A stretch of DNA of 64,000 nt, from positions 1-64,000 of the forward strand of contig NW_026929710.1 in the NCBI RefSeq assembly GCF_032062105.1, in the 5' to 3' direction. Position numbers and translations under genes: made by a program. Under the pieces are notes generated by a model, which saw only the letters and a list, made by a program, of their open reading frames with translations, searched no databases and was not told the origin of the DNA. Origin of the DNA: Saccostrea cucullata. Lineage: Eukaryota. This document shows, in pieces, positions 51,535 to 64,000 of the stretch. The first letter of the stretch is position 1, and each line of letters begins with the position of its first letter.

Positions 51535-53019
51535 ATGGCTGCTAGTGCCTCAAAAAAATACCCACTGGGCTCTCCTCAAGAACACATTGTAATGTGTGAA
51601 TCTCACGATTCACCCATTGATATGATATGTGAGGACTGTGTTGAAATTATTTGTTCTGAGTGTGCCAAAAAAGATCATAACAATCATAATTGGAAAACTC
51701 TAACCACGGCAGCAACCCAAAGGAGGAGGGGTCTATTTAAATTTCTGAAGAAGATCAAGGAAGAGGATCTGCCTGGGATTGATGAGAAGAAACAGAAGAT
51801 ATCAAAACAGATCAAAGAAAATAAAGAACTGTGTGACTCTGAGATTAAAAAGCTACAGAAACATTGTGAAGATATTATAAACAGGCTGACAGAAATCAAA
51901 GAACACCGTGAAAAAATACTACGAGACAATTTGGTTAAAAAGAATGATCAACTGAACCATGTGAATTTTGAGTTAGAGAAGAAAAAGAAAGGAATTGTTG
52001 ACACAGTGGAATTCATGGAGGAGAACAACAGCACCATGTCAGATTACAGTTTGATTGACAACCACAGAGAACTAAATAGAATGCTGTCTGAATTGGAGGT
52101 TCATTTGACAAACTGTGAATATTCAGCGAGGTTCATTAGAGGTGAAATCAATGAAGACGTACTTAAATCTTTGGTTGGAAAAACTTTTGATTTGGATGAT
52201 ATTGGCTTAACTCAAATAAACTCATTTCAATATGGAGATAAACCAATATCTGTTTTGAAGGCTTTCAGTGAAGACCAATGCTACATCAAAGAATATCAAC
52301 CTAAATATACTGAAAAAGTCAACACACAAGGTACAAAAGAACATAAATTTAGTATTTTCCCTAATGACATGTGTGTGACTGATAATGGCGGTGTTTATTT
52401 CTCTAACTATATTGACAAGTCCGTCAGCCGTCTCTCACCATCAGGATCTGTATCTACAGTCATCAGTACAGATCCACTGGTACCAGCAGGAATCTGTCAG
52501 TCAGTGGACGGTGGACTACTGGTCACCTTGACAGACAAGAAATCAGATCGTTACAAATTAGAGTCACACAGCAGGCGTCTGGTGAGACACATCACAGTGA
52601 CAGGTGATGTCATCCATGAGTATGAGTACCAGGAGGACGGTCACACCAGACTGTTTACATGGCCAATCAGAGTCAAACAGAACAGTAACAGTGATATCTG
52701 TGTTGTAAACTGGACAAGTACCACTACAGGTGAACTAGTGATTATGTCTCCCTCTGGTCATATGAAGTCTGTCTACCGTGGACAGAATCTGACAAAGGAC
52801 TTCTGTCCAACTGATGTAGTGTGCGACTCCCTTTGTAACATCCTTATTACTGACATGAACAATAAACAAATCCATCTGCTGAGTCCTGATGGGAAGTTCC
52901 TGAAGTTCTTACTGACAGACAATGAAGTGAGCTGTCCAATCAGATTATCAGTGTACAAGTCCACACTGTGGGTGGGATATAGGGAAGGACTTGTCAAAGT
53001 GTTTCAATATAGAATGTAA
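51535..53019 (+). CDS. RING-less TRIM-like protein (B-box, coiled coil, NHL beta-propeller), 494 aa
   Basis: Intact ORF with a single coding exon. B-box CESH..CEDC..CSEC..H..H, NHL motifs PAGICQS and PTDVVCDSLCNILITD. Close paralog of 12587-14077. Confidence 0.92.
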   Translation: MAASASKKYPLGSPQEHIVMCESHDSPIDMICEDCVEIICSECAKKDHNNHNWKTLTTAATQRRRGLFKFLKKIKEEDLPGIDEKKQKISKQIKENKELCDSEIKKLQKHCEDIINRLTEIKEHREKILRDNLVKKNDQLNHVNFELEKKKKGIVDTVEFMEENNSTMSDYSLIDNHRELNRMLSELEVHLTNCEYSARFIRGEINEDVLKSLVGKTFDLDDIGLTQINSFQYGDKPISVLKAFSEDQCYIKEYQPKYTEKVNTQGTKEHKFSIFPNDMCVTDNGGVYFSNYIDKSVSRLSPSGSVSTVISTDPLVPAGICQSVDGGLLVTLTDKKSDRYKLESHSRRLVRHITVTGDVIHEYEYQEDGHTRLFTWPIRVKQNSNSDICVVNWTSTTTGELVIMSPSGHMKSVYRGQNLTKDFCPTDVVCDSLCNILITDMNNKQIHLLSPDGKFLKFLLTDNEVSCPIRLSVYKSTLWVGYREGLVKVFQYRM

Positions 53020-53775
53020 ATATAAAATACCTTTAAATTACTTGAAATTAGAAGTTATTTGAAATCATGTCTTGAAAAAATCATCTAACTGTATAAAATT
53101 AAACAACACCTTTTCTTCTTTCTTTTGATATTAAATCAATGCTCATACCTGTATGAATATTCATTGCAATCACTTCCCATAATACACATTGTTAGATACT
53201 CGTGACATTACACAATGCTGGTCTTAAATTGTACAGGTTAAAATCAATACCTCACATCTTGAAAGAGGCCTTAAGAGGGTACATAAAACAGAAAATGAAT
53301 CATCTTTTTAATGGTTTAATTACAATTTACAAACAATCTTCATTAAAGTTTGAAAGTCTTGTAATTTTAAATTTTAAAATAAATGTACATCATTACATGT
53401 ACCATTTTTGGCAAATTCACAACATAGTACCGGTAAAATACTTGCAATTGGTTTCCATCATGATACAAAATCACCTTGTTCAATTCAAACACTATTGATC
53501 TGGGTGGTGGATATCTCCAAAAACATGGACATGATAAACACAGATAAAATTTTCATATGCATGATTACAAGCATTTCCCTGACCAGCCTTTCTATAAATC
53601 CACAGAAGACCCATGACATTGACATAATTAACAACCTAAAATGTCGCACATGAACGGGTCAGGTCTTCTTCTTATGATTTCTCATTCACTTCACCCCACA
53701 GAACGGGAATACTGTCCTGAACACATTGACTTTGTTGGTGTGTCTGTATGTTGTATGATTTTAACAGTCATTATT

Positions 53776-63823
<10,048 letters not shown>

Positions 63824-64000
63824 CTGAAATATGAAAATTGTGTCACATTGGAAGTACTGGTATATGTGTATTTGATTCTGTAAAAAGTAATTGAGAGGAT
63901 CCATCATGGACAAATCGGCTATAAATTTAATGACAAATTACTGCATTTATATATGAATCTAAATATGCATGTTTTGGACAGATTCGAAAAATACATGAAC

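Noticed and set aside
53020-53775. Overlapping 3' UTRs of the convergent TRIM-like and POLR2B genes
   Set aside because: The stops are ~750 bp apart, but poly(A) sites cannot be fixed from sequence, so overlap is unsupported.

Overview
AT-rich eukaryotic (animal) DNA with GT-AG introns. The repeat types and the RING-less B-box/NHL genes resemble an oyster or other bivalve genome; this is an inference, not a database match. Genes: (i) FNTA, the farnesyl/geranylgeranyltransferase alpha subunit, 8 exons, + strand, 26692-36278, whose exon 7 is disrupted by a tandem duplication of its own splice junction; (ii) the 3' 19 exons of POLR2B/RPB2 on the - strand (53776 to beyond the window end); (iii) three TRIM-like B-box/coiled-coil/NHL genes. 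The first (12587-14077) has one in-frame TGA, the second (41203-43313) ends in a poly-Lys exon and has a duplicated 3' remnant at 47741-50640, and the third (51535-53019) has a 63-bp hairpin inserted just before its ATG. The rest is dense transposon sequence: Helentron/HINE-type elements carrying 158-180-bp satellite arrays, two HERO/R2-group LINE relics, mariner and Tc1 relics, hAT/Harbinger/pogo/Kolobok-like MITEs, foldbacks and a CCCTAA-rich 33-bp minisatellite. I found no rRNA, tRNA or CRISPR and cannot establish a new biological system. The best leads are the repeated 'echo' duplications of exon-intron boundaries in two housekeeping genes and the turnover in the TRIM-like cluster.
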